From: a virus
Strand: one strand, 5' to 3'
Length of the DNA: 64,000 bases
Virus record (IMG/VR): IMGVR_UViG_3300042516_003452
Span: 1-64,000 of that record
Made by a program: the position numbers and the translations under genes. Of the stretch, positions 48,148 to 56,553 are shown piece by piece (position 1 is the stretch's first letter; the number at the start of each line of letters is the position of its first letter). A model generated the notes under the pieces. It had not been told where the DNA came from, did not search any database, and worked only from the letters and a program-made list of their open reading frames with translations.

Positions 48148-48363
48148 ATGACAGCTCTTAACTTCCGCAAGAACGTGCGTGAGTTTATGCCTTGGGCCAT
48201 CAGTGCTAGCCAGACTACCGCTCGTGTAGTCACCAAGGCAGTCACTGATACTGCAACCAAGGCCAAGGCTACTGAGAAGCTACATGACATCCGTTGTCGT
48301 GCAGCAGCACTCATCATGCCAAACGACATGGCATTCATCATCACTCCTAAGAACAACATCTGA
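48148..48363 (+). CDS. Early hypothetical protein
   Basis: AC-rich leader. Confidence 0.5.
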   Translation: MTALNFRKNVREFMPWAISASQTTARVVTKAVTDTATKAKATEKLHDIRCRAAALIMPNDMAFIITPKNNI

Positions 48364-48366
48364 CTC

Positions 48367-48576
48367 ATGACTAAGAACCACATGGTTGACTCTGTGCTTG
48401 CCCTCACCATGGGCACTGGCATCGGCTTGTTACTTTCTGTCTTTGGACAGAAGCTACTCAACAAGCATTACGTTGCCAACTGCCACAAGCAACCACACCA
48501 TAACCTCGTGTATGTCGATGGTTTCCTCGGCGACACGTACTACTGCATCAAGAATGCAGACTTTAAGCAGAACTGA
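48367..48576 (+). CDS. Small membrane protein
   Basis: N-terminal TM; GDTYYCI. Confidence 0.55.
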   Translation: MTKNHMVDSVLALTMGTGIGLLLSVFGQKLLNKHYVANCHKQPHHNLVYVDGFLGDTYYCIKNADFKQN

Positions 48577-48585
48577 AGCCTGCAC

Positions 48586-48891
48586 TTAACCCTTCCGTAC
48601 GATCCGCTCTTGACAGAAGCTTGGTTTCCATCGGACTATCAAGCTTCTTTCTGAATCGTATGCATCCCATCCTTCTATCCAGGAAATCTTAGTGGTGGTG
48701 TAATCAACATCACCACGTTGAAAGCCTGGATGTTTAGATGGGTTACGCAATCGATTCCACAGTATTTTGCTTCGACCAATGTACAAGACATTGTCATTGG
48801 CATCAATCAATGCATAGCATCCAGGTTTGGCTGGTATATTTCTGGCGTCTTGCCAGCACACCCACTGCCATTTCCTCGGATCTAGTTCCAT
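48586..48891 (-). CDS. GIY-YIG nuclease domain protein
   Basis: PGCYAL...VLYIGRSKILWNRL...E..LI..WKP. Confidence 0.8.
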   Translation of the reverse strand: MELDPRKWQWVCWQDARNIPAKPGCYALIDANDNVLYIGRSKILWNRLRNPSKHPGFQRGDVDYTTTKISWIEGWDAYDSERSLIVRWKPSFCQERIVRKG

Positions 48892-48932
48892 TGATCTAGC
48901 TTAATACGTTCGCGTATCGTGCGGTGGGTTTT

Positions 48933-48953
48933 CTGCAGGACTCAACATCCTGC
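48933..48953 (+). repeat. GCAGGA-CTCAACA-TCCTGC hairpin repeat (family D), copy 2
   Basis: Identical to 48102-48122. Confidence 0.75.
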
Positions 48954-48981
48954 ACTCAGTTCACTCAACATCTCAACTCAG

Positions 48982-49176
48982 ATGAAACGTCTTTACTCCA
49001 TGGGTAAGAACAGGTACATCACCTTGGATACTTACCACACACACCATGAGTCACTGCGTAGCAAATTGCTACAAGCAATCTTTATCGCCATCATTGCATC
49101 CATCACTGGTTCTGCAATGGTCGGCGTAGACCTCATTCAACTTCCATCCACTAACAACAATGTATTCACTCGCTGA
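48982..49176 (+). CDS. Small membrane protein
   Basis: MKRLYS..., one TM. Confidence 0.5.
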   Translation: MKRLYSMGKNRYITLDTYHTHHESLRSKLLQAIFIAIIASITGSAMVGVDLIQLPSTNNNVFTR

Positions 49177-49510
49177 ACACACCCAAGTTCTAGAAGCACG
49201 TATCAATCGCTTGATCGATAAGCTTCTGGAACACTACCACAAACAGTACGGAGATGGTTGCATCGAATTCAACATTGTGCGTGGCACCAAGTATTACAAG
49301 ATCATCCAGCGCAACGTCATACGTAACAACCTTGGCAGTTACGAAGGCAGCGTCCACGCCTTTATCCATCGTCAATCAGGTGCTGTTTACAAGCCCGCTT
49401 CATGGAAGGCACCAGCCAAACATGTGCGGTACAACCTGTTAGACGATGTGTCTTATGAGACCTGCCTCCTGAAAGCCGACTGGGCTGGATCGTATTTGTA
49501 CATGAAGTAA
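49160..49510 (+). CDS. Conserved phage protein
   Basis: GTKYYKI..GSVHAF..GAVYKPASWKAPAKHVRYNL, a motif recalled from myocyanophages. Confidence 0.7.
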   Translation: MYSLAEHTQVLEARINRLIDKLLEHYHKQYGDGCIEFNIVRGTKYYKIIQRNVIRNNLGSYEGSVHAFIHRQSGAVYKPASWKAPAKHVRYNLLDDVSYETCLLKADWAGSYLYMK

Positions 49511-49624
49511 CTACACACTACCTCTGGTGTCCTCACTGCCTGAACCACTACGGCTGGTACTTGCATCCTTGTTTGTACCAGCTATTCTCCATCTGCATCC
49601 AACGCATTCAACGCAACACGATCC

Positions 49625-50062
49625 ATGGAAGCGCTCAGCCAGCTCGACGTTCACAACCCTGATCACATCAGTGTCATCACTCGCGATGGAAAGATTACCG
49701 TCTCGGTTACCAAGGACGGAGCATCCGTGACCCTTGGCTTTCCTATCCGCAATACATTTGACACTACCCCCCGATTCCCCCTGCAACAACAGCCAGCACC
49801 ACAGGTAACGGCTGTTAAGGAGATCCAGGAGACACCTAAAGTTCTCAAGAAGAAGAAGACAAGGGTTAGTCCTGTAGGTAACTGCAAGCTAACCCCTGAG
49901 AAAGTCAGGAACATTAAGCAAGGTCTTGTTGATCCAGGCGTTGCTAAAGGTTTTGACAGCCGTCAGAAACTTTACGAATGGTTTGCTGACATTTATAAGG
50001 TGAGCTACCACACCATCTCCAACATTGACAAAGGTCTGGCCTGGAGAGGCGTAAAGATCTAA
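49625..50062 (+). CDS. Protein with C-terminal HTH-like domain
   Basis: KLTPEKVRNIK...ADIYKVSYHTISNI..G.AW. Confidence 0.65.
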   Translation: MEALSQLDVHNPDHISVITRDGKITVSVTKDGASVTLGFPIRNTFDTTPRFPLQQQPAPQVTAVKEIQETPKVLKKKKTRVSPVGNCKLTPEKVRNIKQGLVDPGVAKGFDSRQKLYEWFADIYKVSYHTISNIDKGLAWRGVKI

Positions 50063-50093
50063 CTACCGCCGCTAGTACATCAGTACTACGACT

Positions 50094-50121
50094 GGACCTG
50101 GACATGTCCTTAAACTGTCCA
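50094..50121 (+). ncRNA. H-type pseudoknot leader motif (family A), copy 1
   Basis: GGAC-C-UGGACA-U-GUCC-UUAAAC-UGUCCA. Confidence 0.75.
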
Positions 50122-50143
50122 TTCCTTTTACTCAGTTCAAACC

Positions 50144-50281
50144 ATGACTCAACTCGATCCCAACTACAACGCTGACTTGCTTGATGCCATGGCCGACATG
50201 GCATACGAACAAGAGCAAGCCATGCGTGAAGAATATGAACTCAACCCACCTGAACAGGAGACTTATGATGACCAAGCATGA
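50144..50281 (+). CDS. Small acidic protein (45 aa)
   Basis: MTQLDPNYNADLLDAMADM... Confidence 0.55.
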   Translation: MTQLDPNYNADLLDAMADMAYEQEQAMREEYELNPPEQETYDDQA

Positions 50282-50356
50282 ACACGACGATGACATCATC
50301 TTGCATGTCATCGTTATCATTTCAATCTTCATTCAAATCATTCTGGAGGCACTCCA

Positions 50357-50725
50357 ATGTCTTACATCTCAGAACTCAAGAAGTTCTACCCCAAAACTTA
50401 CAAGGTCCGTTACGCAGTCAACGCCTACAACACTCACAAGTACTTCGAACACGAAGACCCAACGGTCATCACCGTCCACCAAACAACGCTCAACTACGGC
50501 GGTCCAGAGGAAGGTGGATGGTGGTACCAGCAAGGCAACCCAGTCCTCAGCCACTGCATCTTCTCCAAGAAGCAGGCGATCCAAACCTACGTCAAGTACT
50601 TCGAAGAGTACGAGATCGAAGGTCAGCCCAGTCTTGGAGACACCACAACAAGCTCAAACATTGAGCTAAGTTTCTCCAACGGATACGCTCAAGTGTATCC
50701 TCAGATTCGTCCACACTATTGCTAA
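50357..50725 (+). CDS. Hypothetical protein
   Basis: NYGGPEEGGWWY motif. Confidence 0.7.
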   Translation: MSYISELKKFYPKTYKVRYAVNAYNTHKYFEHEDPTVITVHQTTLNYGGPEEGGWWYQQGNPVLSHCIFSKKQAIQTYVKYFEEYEIEGQPSLGDTTTSSNIELSFSNGYAQVYPQIRPHYC

Positions 50726-50728
50726 GTC

Positions 50729-50971
50729 ATGCAAGCAACTGCTGTACCAAACCTCAGCATTAATCAACGCAACATCTACATGTATTTCCTGAACCACAGG
50801 AAGAAGTACGGCAAGACTCCTTGCTTCGTACCAAAGTGTACAACTCAAGTATCAAGGCTTGATCAATATCTCAACGCCTTAACGAAACTTGAGCAGTACG
50901 GATTACTACGCGTTGAACGGTGCAGTGATAACTACACCGGCTGGATCATGACTGAACCTAGACAACACTAG
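50729..50971 (+). CDS. Winged-helix-like small protein
   Basis: LSINQRNIY...ALTKLEQYGLL. Confidence 0.55.
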   Translation: MQATAVPNLSINQRNIYMYFLNHRKKYGKTPCFVPKCTTQVSRLDQYLNALTKLEQYGLLRVERCSDNYTGWIMTEPRQH

Positions 50972-50988
50972 CGTTATACGCACATAAG

Positions 50989-51029
50989 CCTGGGCATCAC
51001 CGACGTAAGTACGGTGTGTAAGTCCCAGG
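50989..51029 (+). ncRNA. UAAGU-bulge hairpin motif (family B)
   Basis: CCUGGG-CA..CACCG/CGGUG..UG-UAAGU-CCCAGG. Confidence 0.65.
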
Positions 51030-51049
51030 ATTCACCTCAACCTAAACCA

Positions 51050-51325
51050 ATGACCTATCCCGAAGTCAACTGGAAGAAGAACGAGTATCACCAACTGCAA
51101 GAGGTGGTGAACCTCCTCAAAGCAATCCAAGAACGTGAGAGCAAGCGCCATCAAATGGACGAGCATCTCACTCCACATACCGCAGATGTGGTACTGGAAG
51201 TCATAGGCATGCTCGAAGATGAGATCGACTATGACCCAAGTCCTTCCGAAGGGGGCGAACCGCCTATCACACTGGATGAAATGCATACTGCTGCATGGAA
51301 AGAACATCAAGCCATGCATAGCTAA
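51050..51325 (+). CDS. Hypothetical protein
   Basis: GGEPPITLDEMHTAAW. Confidence 0.6.
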   Translation: MTYPEVNWKKNEYHQLQEVVNLLKAIQERESKRHQMDEHLTPHTADVVLEVIGMLEDEIDYDPSPSEGGEPPITLDEMHTAAWKEHQAMHS

Positions 51326-51465
51326 CCCCCCTGCACCCCCCGAAGGGAGTACCAGGAGCTAACCTTCTATTAGATAAGACATACTTATCTGTTGCTCTCT
51401 GTTACTTCCCTTCCTTACCCCTTGACTACCCTGGTAGACTCAACACACTTACTCAACTCATCTCA

Positions 51466-51672
51466 ATGAAAGACAACACTCCTCGCATACCAGACTCACT
51501 GGATATGCAAAGACTTCAAGCCATGCAACTTGTTGCTCGCATGAAGGAAACATCAGATCGTCTCGGCATCGGATTCATCGGGGGCTTTATTGCCCCCAAT
51601 GGAGAGAAATTCGTCATGTCCAATATGGACGATGAAGACTACAACGCACTCATGCCGGAGGATCTGAAATGA
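51466..51672 (+). CDS. Hypothetical protein
   Basis: AC-rich leader. Confidence 0.6.
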   Translation: MKDNTPRIPDSLDMQRLQAMQLVARMKETSDRLGIGFIGGFIAPNGEKFVMSNMDDEDYNALMPEDLK

Positions 51673-51736
51673 ATACCTTATTCATCGCAGTACTTTCTGT
51701 GATGATTATTTGTGGAACAATCATGATTTTAGAGAA

Positions 51737-51934
51737 ATGACCAAGCGTTTGCCCATCAGCTTTGATCGCACCATCCATGGTGTGAACATCACCGAACACG
51801 GTGTCAAATCTTATAGCAAAGCAGTGAAGCTTGGTCCTTTCCAAGTAACACTCAATGCTAGTCCGAATGGTGTCAAGGGATCAATCAGTATCCCTGGCAC
51901 AGGACTTAGCATTCCAAACATTAAGATAATCTGA
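51737..51934 (+). CDS. DUF4236-like small protein
   Basis: KLGPFQVTLN...SISIPGTGLS. Confidence 0.55.
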   Translation: MTKRLPISFDRTIHGVNITEHGVKSYSKAVKLGPFQVTLNASPNGVKGSISIPGTGLSIPNIKII

Positions 51935-51940
51935 AGAATT

Positions 51941-52117
51941 ATGACCTATCAAGAACTTTTATCTCAACTTGAAGTAATGAGTCAAGAACAATTAAACATG
52001 GATGTAACTGTTTATGTCTGTGATACTGAAGAATATTATGCAATCCAAGATGAAATTGTTTTTGCCACAGAAGAATGTGGCGTACTTGATATAGATCATC
52101 CCATATTGTATTTGTAA
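51941..52117 (+). CDS. Small AT-rich gene (58 aa)
   Basis: MTYQELLSQL...QLNMDVTVY. Confidence 0.55.
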   Translation: MTYQELLSQLEVMSQEQLNMDVTVYVCDTEEYYAIQDEIVFATEECGVLDIDHPILYL

Positions 52118-52122
52118 GTAAC

Positions 52123-52148
52123 TGGGCATCCTTACGGTGTAAGTCCCA
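52123..52148 (+). ncRNA. UAAGU-bulge hairpin motif (family B)
   Basis: UGGG-CAUC-CUUAC-GGUG-UAAGU-CCCA. Confidence 0.6.
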
Positions 52149-52176
52149 AACCTTGTCCACTTACTCAATTCAACTT

Positions 52177-52365
52177 ATGTCTGCTTACACTGAAGACCTT
52201 ACCATGTTTGATCGAATTAATCTGGCTGCCTGCGCACAGCGCAGAGCAACAGATAATCTATTTGATTCAAATCGTTGGAATGGCGAGTACGACACAGCAC
52301 GTTTGTGGATGAAGTATCGCCTCATCAAGACCACCACTTATTCGTACATTGACGAAGACTCATGA
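52177..52365 (+). CDS. Hypothetical protein
   Basis: ORF after RNA motif. Confidence 0.5.
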   Translation: MSAYTEDLTMFDRINLAACAQRRATDNLFDSNRWNGEYDTARLWMKYRLIKTTTYSYIDEDS

Positions 52366-52619
52366 CTGTCCTTGCAATCGAAGACACCCTATTCACTGAC
52401 ACCCATGTCACTGTTACAGCAGTTGTTGACGAAATGCGGTTGCTTTATCACGCAACTCATCTCGACCCTGAAGAGTGGGCTCCTGCATTGTGTACAACAA
52501 CTGTTGAACTGGATCCAGAGGAACCAATCCCTCTTGATGAAGATGGCTTCTGTGCCTATCTTGATCAGCTCGATCCTCAATGGGAACTGGTCGAACGCGA
52601 TGACTTCGATCTAGATTGA
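52362..52619 (+). CDS. Acidic hypothetical protein
   Basis: ATGA-coupled; DPEEWAPALC. Confidence 0.6.
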   Translation: MTVLAIEDTLFTDTHVTVTAVVDEMRLLYHATHLDPEEWAPALCTTTVELDPEEPIPLDEDGFCAYLDQLDPQWELVERDDFDLD

Positions 52620-52640
52620 TCGACTAATCATCTGACCAAT

Positions 52641-52668
52641 CGTCCTGGGCATGACGTTAAACTGCCCA
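52641..52668 (+). ncRNA. H-type pseudoknot leader motif (family A), copy 2
   Basis: CGUC-C-UGGGCA-U-GACG-UUAAAC-UGCCCA. Confidence 0.75.
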
Positions 52669-52689
52669 TCCTTTTACCCATTCAAATCA

Positions 52690-54414
52690 ATGCAATTCCA
52701 ACTCCCCTCCAACCTGCAAACCGAACTCCTTGCTTATGACCCAACACTGAAGGTGTTGGCTAAGCAGACTAGGACCGCATCAACCAAGAAGGCTAAGTAT
52801 CCCCTCGGTAACATTCCGCACCTTATCCCACATAACGTGGTGCGCGAATCAGATCAGCAAGCTGCGATTGATGATATCAACCAGCAGAAAGCACCTGATC
52901 GTTACAGAGTATTTACCACGCCTGTGGACGTAGCAACTCCACAGGCCAGACTCAAAGTCATTGCCATCTTGTATCACTACGAACAAGTATGGTACGCAGC
53001 ATGGCTACCTCCCAAGCAGCAAGCTGATGAGTATGTGTATGGCTATGCCTACGCATTCAAGAACACAGCGGCTGCTGCTAAGACTGCACCCCATCACATC
53101 TGGACCAGCAAAGACAAGTGCATCGAGCACGAAGGTGCTCGTGGCGTGCAGACCTTTACTTATTCAATGAACATCACCGAGGGTGATGTTCAATCAAGTG
53201 AAGGTAGTGGCTGGCGTGCCTACCAATGGCAAGCCTTTAATCTTCACTGCCAGAAAGGACGCGAGATTATTGAGCATTGCGTCCGTCCATACGAAGCAAG
53301 CCTACGGGAAAATATGCCCACATGGTCTGATTCCCGTGGATTGTTTGATCGTATCCGCTGCAAGAACGTCTTTGATGCTGCTGACATTCCTCCAAAAATG
53401 GCCGAGCTTCTTGATCTAGAGCAAGGTCTAACTGTTGATAACTTACTCAATGCAGCAATTGAATTCAACAAGAACCCTAACTTTCCATCATCAACGTTTT
53501 GTGTACTGGAAAGAATCAGTCACATCATTTCCAAGCCAGCAATCAAGAAGCTGCTGCAGGCAGAGCTTGATCGCTGCACACTTGCATACAACAACCCTAA
53601 TAACACTGAGCGCAAGCCAATTACTCAAGGCTTTAGAACCTTTGTCCACGTCATTGATTCCATTGACTGGATCAACAGGCTATGGCCTGACTGCCCACTT
53701 GATTACTACCAAACCTATTACAAAGAACTTCGTTACATCAGACTGAGTCAAGTGCGTACAAGCAGCATTAGCTCCAACTCAAATGCATTTGTTAGTTGGT
53801 TGCGTGAACACATGCCTGTTGCATCGATGTTCACAATGCTGCGCAAACAGCTCGAACAACAAACCTTGACTGGTCGAGATGCGGAGGTTGGCTATGCACG
53901 CTTTAGTTTCTTTGAACTAAATGACACATTTTCCATGGCAATCCGTATCCTTGACCATGGCAAAGAACTTGCACCACCCAAGCGTTGGCGCATTGATGAC
54001 TTCCATGACTATGTGCAAGCTGAATCCTGGAAGATCCAGAACCCTAACGAATCGTTGCGTCAAGATCTATTCCCTGAACCCATCAGGGTTACACGCAATG
54101 GTGAGACCTGGTCATTTTTCCAGCCTGTTGACACACATCAACTAGCTATGTGGGGCCAGGCCGTACGCAATTGCGTCGGCTCTGCATCACACTATGCTGA
54201 TGACATCAAGAAGCGTAAGCACTTCATCGTGCTGTGCATGATTGATGGTAAGCCCACATTCACCATCCAGTTGGTGGTTGACATGGGCCTGATGTCCGTC
54301 AAGCAAATCTCTGGTGTCGCTAACCAGCGGCTCACTGAAGACCAACGTGAGGCTTACACAGAAGCCTTCCGTGAGGTCTTGCAACAACGGGAGAAGCAGC
54401 TACAATCTGCCTGA
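52690..54414 (+). CDS. PcfJ-like domain protein
   Basis: FHD..., LAMWGQAVRNCVGS..Y, FTIQL..QISG..N. Confidence 0.7.
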   Translation: MQFQLPSNLQTELLAYDPTLKVLAKQTRTASTKKAKYPLGNIPHLIPHNVVRESDQQAAIDDINQQKAPDRYRVFTTPVDVATPQARLKVIAILYHYEQVWYAAWLPPKQQADEYVYGYAYAFKNTAAAAKTAPHHIWTSKDKCIEHEGARGVQTFTYSMNITEGDVQSSEGSGWRAYQWQAFNLHCQKGREIIEHCVRPYEASLRENMPTWSDSRGLFDRIRCKNVFDAADIPPKMAELLDLEQGLTVDNLLNAAIEFNKNPNFPSSTFCVLERISHIISKPAIKKLLQAELDRCTLAYNNPNNTERKPITQGFRTFVHVIDSIDWINRLWPDCPLDYYQTYYKELRYIRLSQVRTSSISSNSNAFVSWLREHMPVASMFTMLRKQLEQQTLTGRDAEVGYARFSFFELNDTFSMAIRILDHGKELAPPKRWRIDDFHDYVQAESWKIQNPNESLRQDLFPEPIRVTRNGETWSFFQPVDTHQLAMWGQAVRNCVGSASHYADDIKKRKHFIVLCMIDGKPTFTIQLVVDMGLMSVKQISGVANQRLTEDQREAYTEAFREVLQQREKQLQSA

Positions 54415-54427
54415 GCCCGCACGGTTT

Positions 54428-54459
54428 ACCAGCCTTAGCCTCGATACTAGGGCTGGTTT
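54428..54459 (+). terminator. Stem-loop, possible terminator
   Basis: ACCAGCCTTAG/CTAGGGCTGGT followed by TT. Confidence 0.45.
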
Positions 54460-54464
54460 CAACT

Positions 54465-54692
54465 ATGACCGACTACACCGATGATCAGCTACTCGCTATG
54501 GCTATGGCCAACATTGGTGAGTACATCACTGACAACTCACCGCAGTACATCCTGATTGACGAAGATCCTCGCAATGAGGATGACTACGACACATGGGACT
54601 ATGGCACTGAGCCATTACCCCAAGATCACACTTGGCACTCCACATCAATTGATGTAGAGGTAAGTCCAAGTGACGCAGACGTGACGGAATAG
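54465..54692 (+). CDS. Acidic hypothetical protein; 3' end overlaps RNA motif and tRNA
   Basis: MTDYTDDQLLAMA... Confidence 0.5.
   Translation: MTDYTDDQLLAMAMANIGEYITDNSPQYILIDEDPRNEDDYDTWDYGTEPLPQDHTWHSTSIDVEVSPSDADVTE
54629..54672 (+). ncRNA. UAAGU-bulge hairpin motif (family B) abutting tRNA
   Basis: CACUUGG-CA-CUC.ACAUC/GAUGU.GAG-G-UAAGU-CCAAGUG. Confidence 0.65.
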
Positions 54693-54760
54693 GTATACGT
54701 AACGCACTTAAAATGCGTCGGCCATTGGCCTTGCGGGTTCGACTCCCGCCGTCTGCACCA
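54675..54760 (+). tRNA. trnL: tRNA-Leu(UAA), intronless, CCA encoded
   Basis: GCAGACG/CGTCTGC acceptor, ACGCA-CTTAAAA-TGCGT anticodon arm, long variable arm, GGTTCGACTCC T-arm, ACCA end. Confidence 0.95.
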
Positions 54761-54783
54761 ATCCACTTACTCAACTCAAGACC

Positions 54784-55146
54784 ATGCAATTCTTTGCTGC
54801 TTTCAAGTCCCTCATCCCTGAGTTCCATGCTTATTCAGATGAGGACAACCGCTACAACCTTGGTGCCACCTGGACTGCAGCCGATGGCCTGAAGGACTAT
54901 CACAACCTGGAGCTACGGTACATCCGTAACTCTGAGCGTCTTGCTCTCCAGGGTGAGCCCTGTCCTGATGGCAGCTGGCGCTACGTCGAGCCCAGTGGTG
55001 CAGTCCATACCATCAGCCCTGAACGTGCTAAGCACTTCATGGAGCAGACACAAGCTCATGCCACACTCATGGTTGGCATGCTTGATAAGTTACGAGATGC
55101 TGGCATCCTCGATCAGATGGTAGACACCACGGCAGAACCTGCCTAA
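54784..55146 (+). CDS. Hypothetical protein
   Basis: AC-rich leader, 120 aa. Confidence 0.65.
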   Translation: MQFFAAFKSLIPEFHAYSDEDNRYNLGATWTAADGLKDYHNLELRYIRNSERLALQGEPCPDGSWRYVEPSGAVHTISPERAKHFMEQTQAHATLMVGMLDKLRDAGILDQMVDTTAEPA

Positions 55147-55164
55147 GATCACTGCGGAATGTTC

Positions 55165-55190
55165 GGCCCCTGCGCAAGCGGGGGTCTTTT
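55165..55190 (+). terminator. Intrinsic terminator
   Basis: GGCCCCTGC-GCAA-GCGGGGGTC then TTTT. Confidence 0.65.
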
Positions 55191-55194
55191 CTTC

Positions 55195-55524
55195 ATGATC
55201 ACTCCAGCTCAGTCAGAGATAGTTACAGATGTAACTGAACTCATTGCAGATTGTATCCCTGATTCCGAATGGGATCGGGTACGCAATGCAATCGTCGAAC
55301 GCATTGTCGACAACATGCCATCACAAGTTTTGCTGCAGTTAACTGACAGCATCGATAACTTTGATCTGGCTGAACTAATCCTCATTACCCACTACAAGGA
55401 AGCACCAAATCTTGAGTTGATTGTTGACGCATTCAAACTCATTGGTGCTGAACAAACTGCTGACCTCCTCGACTCACTCAACATTCAACAAGAGAATGGC
55501 ATTCCAGAAGGCGATCCTTCCTGA
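55195..55524 (+). CDS. Acidic hypothetical protein
   Basis: ORF after terminator. Confidence 0.55.
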   Translation: MITPAQSEIVTDVTELIADCIPDSEWDRVRNAIVERIVDNMPSQVLLQLTDSIDNFDLAELILITHYKEAPNLELIVDAFKLIGAEQTADLLDSLNIQQENGIPEGDPS

Positions 55525-55900
55525 CTGTCCTCAATGCAATCAACCTGGACTCAGAGTTATTGAATCCAGGAAGACAGCGATGTCTACCAGACGACGCAAG
55601 AAGTGTGAATGCTGTGGCTACAGGTTTACAACTCATGAAGTTACAGCAGACTTCTTTGAAGAAGCCAAGCACAACCTCTATCTTGTTGAACAACTCCACA
55701 AACTTATGAAGGGAACACCACTCACATCCGGGGTGGAACCACCCCCATCTGGGGTGAGTGCATCTGAATTCAAAGCACTCAACAAATGCAGTGACTGCCA
55801 TCACAACATTGATGGTTGTCATTGCGCCTTTGACTTTCCTGAGTACGACACTGCTGAGTCGTACGACTGCAATCACTTTCAACTCTGGAAATCCAAATGA
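55496..55900 (+). CDS. NrdR-like N-terminal zinc-ribbon protein lacking ATP cone
   Basis: CPQC...RVIESR...RRRKKCECCGYRFTTHE; second Cys cluster at C-terminus. Confidence 0.75.
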   Translation: MAFQKAILPDCPQCNQPGLRVIESRKTAMSTRRRKKCECCGYRFTTHEVTADFFEEAKHNLYLVEQLHKLMKGTPLTSGVEPPPSGVSASEFKALNKCSDCHHNIDGCHCAFDFPEYDTAESYDCNHFQLWKSK

Positions 55901-56199
55901 CTACCAAGCGTCAATACGATTACATCATTGGTGATCGCGTAGCAGAGCGCCCTAAATCCCATGGCATTTTTGCTGTACGCAATGAAACCAAAGATCGTAT
56001 TCAGCAGTACAGGTCCCAACGCTACGGCACTGTTGTTGGTATCAACCTGAAACCAAACAAGTCAGGTGCCAAGCAGAAGTTCCTACTAATCAGGTGGGAT
56101 CATCTGCAGACTCCCACGGAACATGCACAGATGAGGATCTGTCCTGCTGATCAGCTTCAGCGTTTACAATCTGAGGGTTATGGATTCGAAGTCGAATGA
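55897..56199 (+). CDS. Hypothetical SH3/KOW-like protein
   Basis: IGDRV...YGTVV...IRWD. Confidence 0.55.
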   Translation: MTTKRQYDYIIGDRVAERPKSHGIFAVRNETKDRIQQYRSQRYGTVVGINLKPNKSGAKQKFLLIRWDHLQTPTEHAQMRICPADQLQRLQSEGYGFEVE

Positions 56200-56552
56200 A
56201 AGTCGACAAGCCATGGGGTTGGTACAACACACTGACCCCAGAACAAACCTCATTGTTCCGTGGCTACCTCGTTAAAGAACTCCATGTCAACAAAGGCCAT
56301 CGCCTCAGTCTTCAGCGCCATCAACACCGGTGTGAACACTGGATCGTTGTCAATGGCGAAGGATTGTTTGAGTGTGATGGCCGTACACAAATTGTGAATG
56401 AAGGTACTCACTTGTACATTCCAAAGCAATCAGTGCATCGCCTTACTGCAACAGAGCAAGACATTCGTATTGTCGAAGTTCAATGCGGTGAAGTAATCTC
56501 TGAAGACGACATCGAACGTCTGGAGGATGACTATGATCGATCACAGAACTAG
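56196..56552 (+). CDS. Mannose-6-phosphate isomerase type II-like cupin
   Basis: KPWGWY, RLSLQRHQHRCEHWIVV.G, IVEVQ.G..SEDDIERLED. Confidence 0.88.
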   Translation: MKVDKPWGWYNTLTPEQTSLFRGYLVKELHVNKGHRLSLQRHQHRCEHWIVVNGEGLFECDGRTQIVNEGTHLYIPKQSVHRLTATEQDIRIVEVQCGEVISEDDIERLEDDYDRSQN

Positions 56553-56553
56553 C

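Noticed and set aside
52651-52689. ORF-track starts MTLNC at 52651 and 62895
   Set aside because: The ATG lies inside the pseudoknot. It is out of frame in two other copies and absent in one, so the downstream ATGs are the more likely starts.
54675-54760. Group I intron in tRNA-Leu(UAA)
   Set aside because: The anticodon loop is contiguous.
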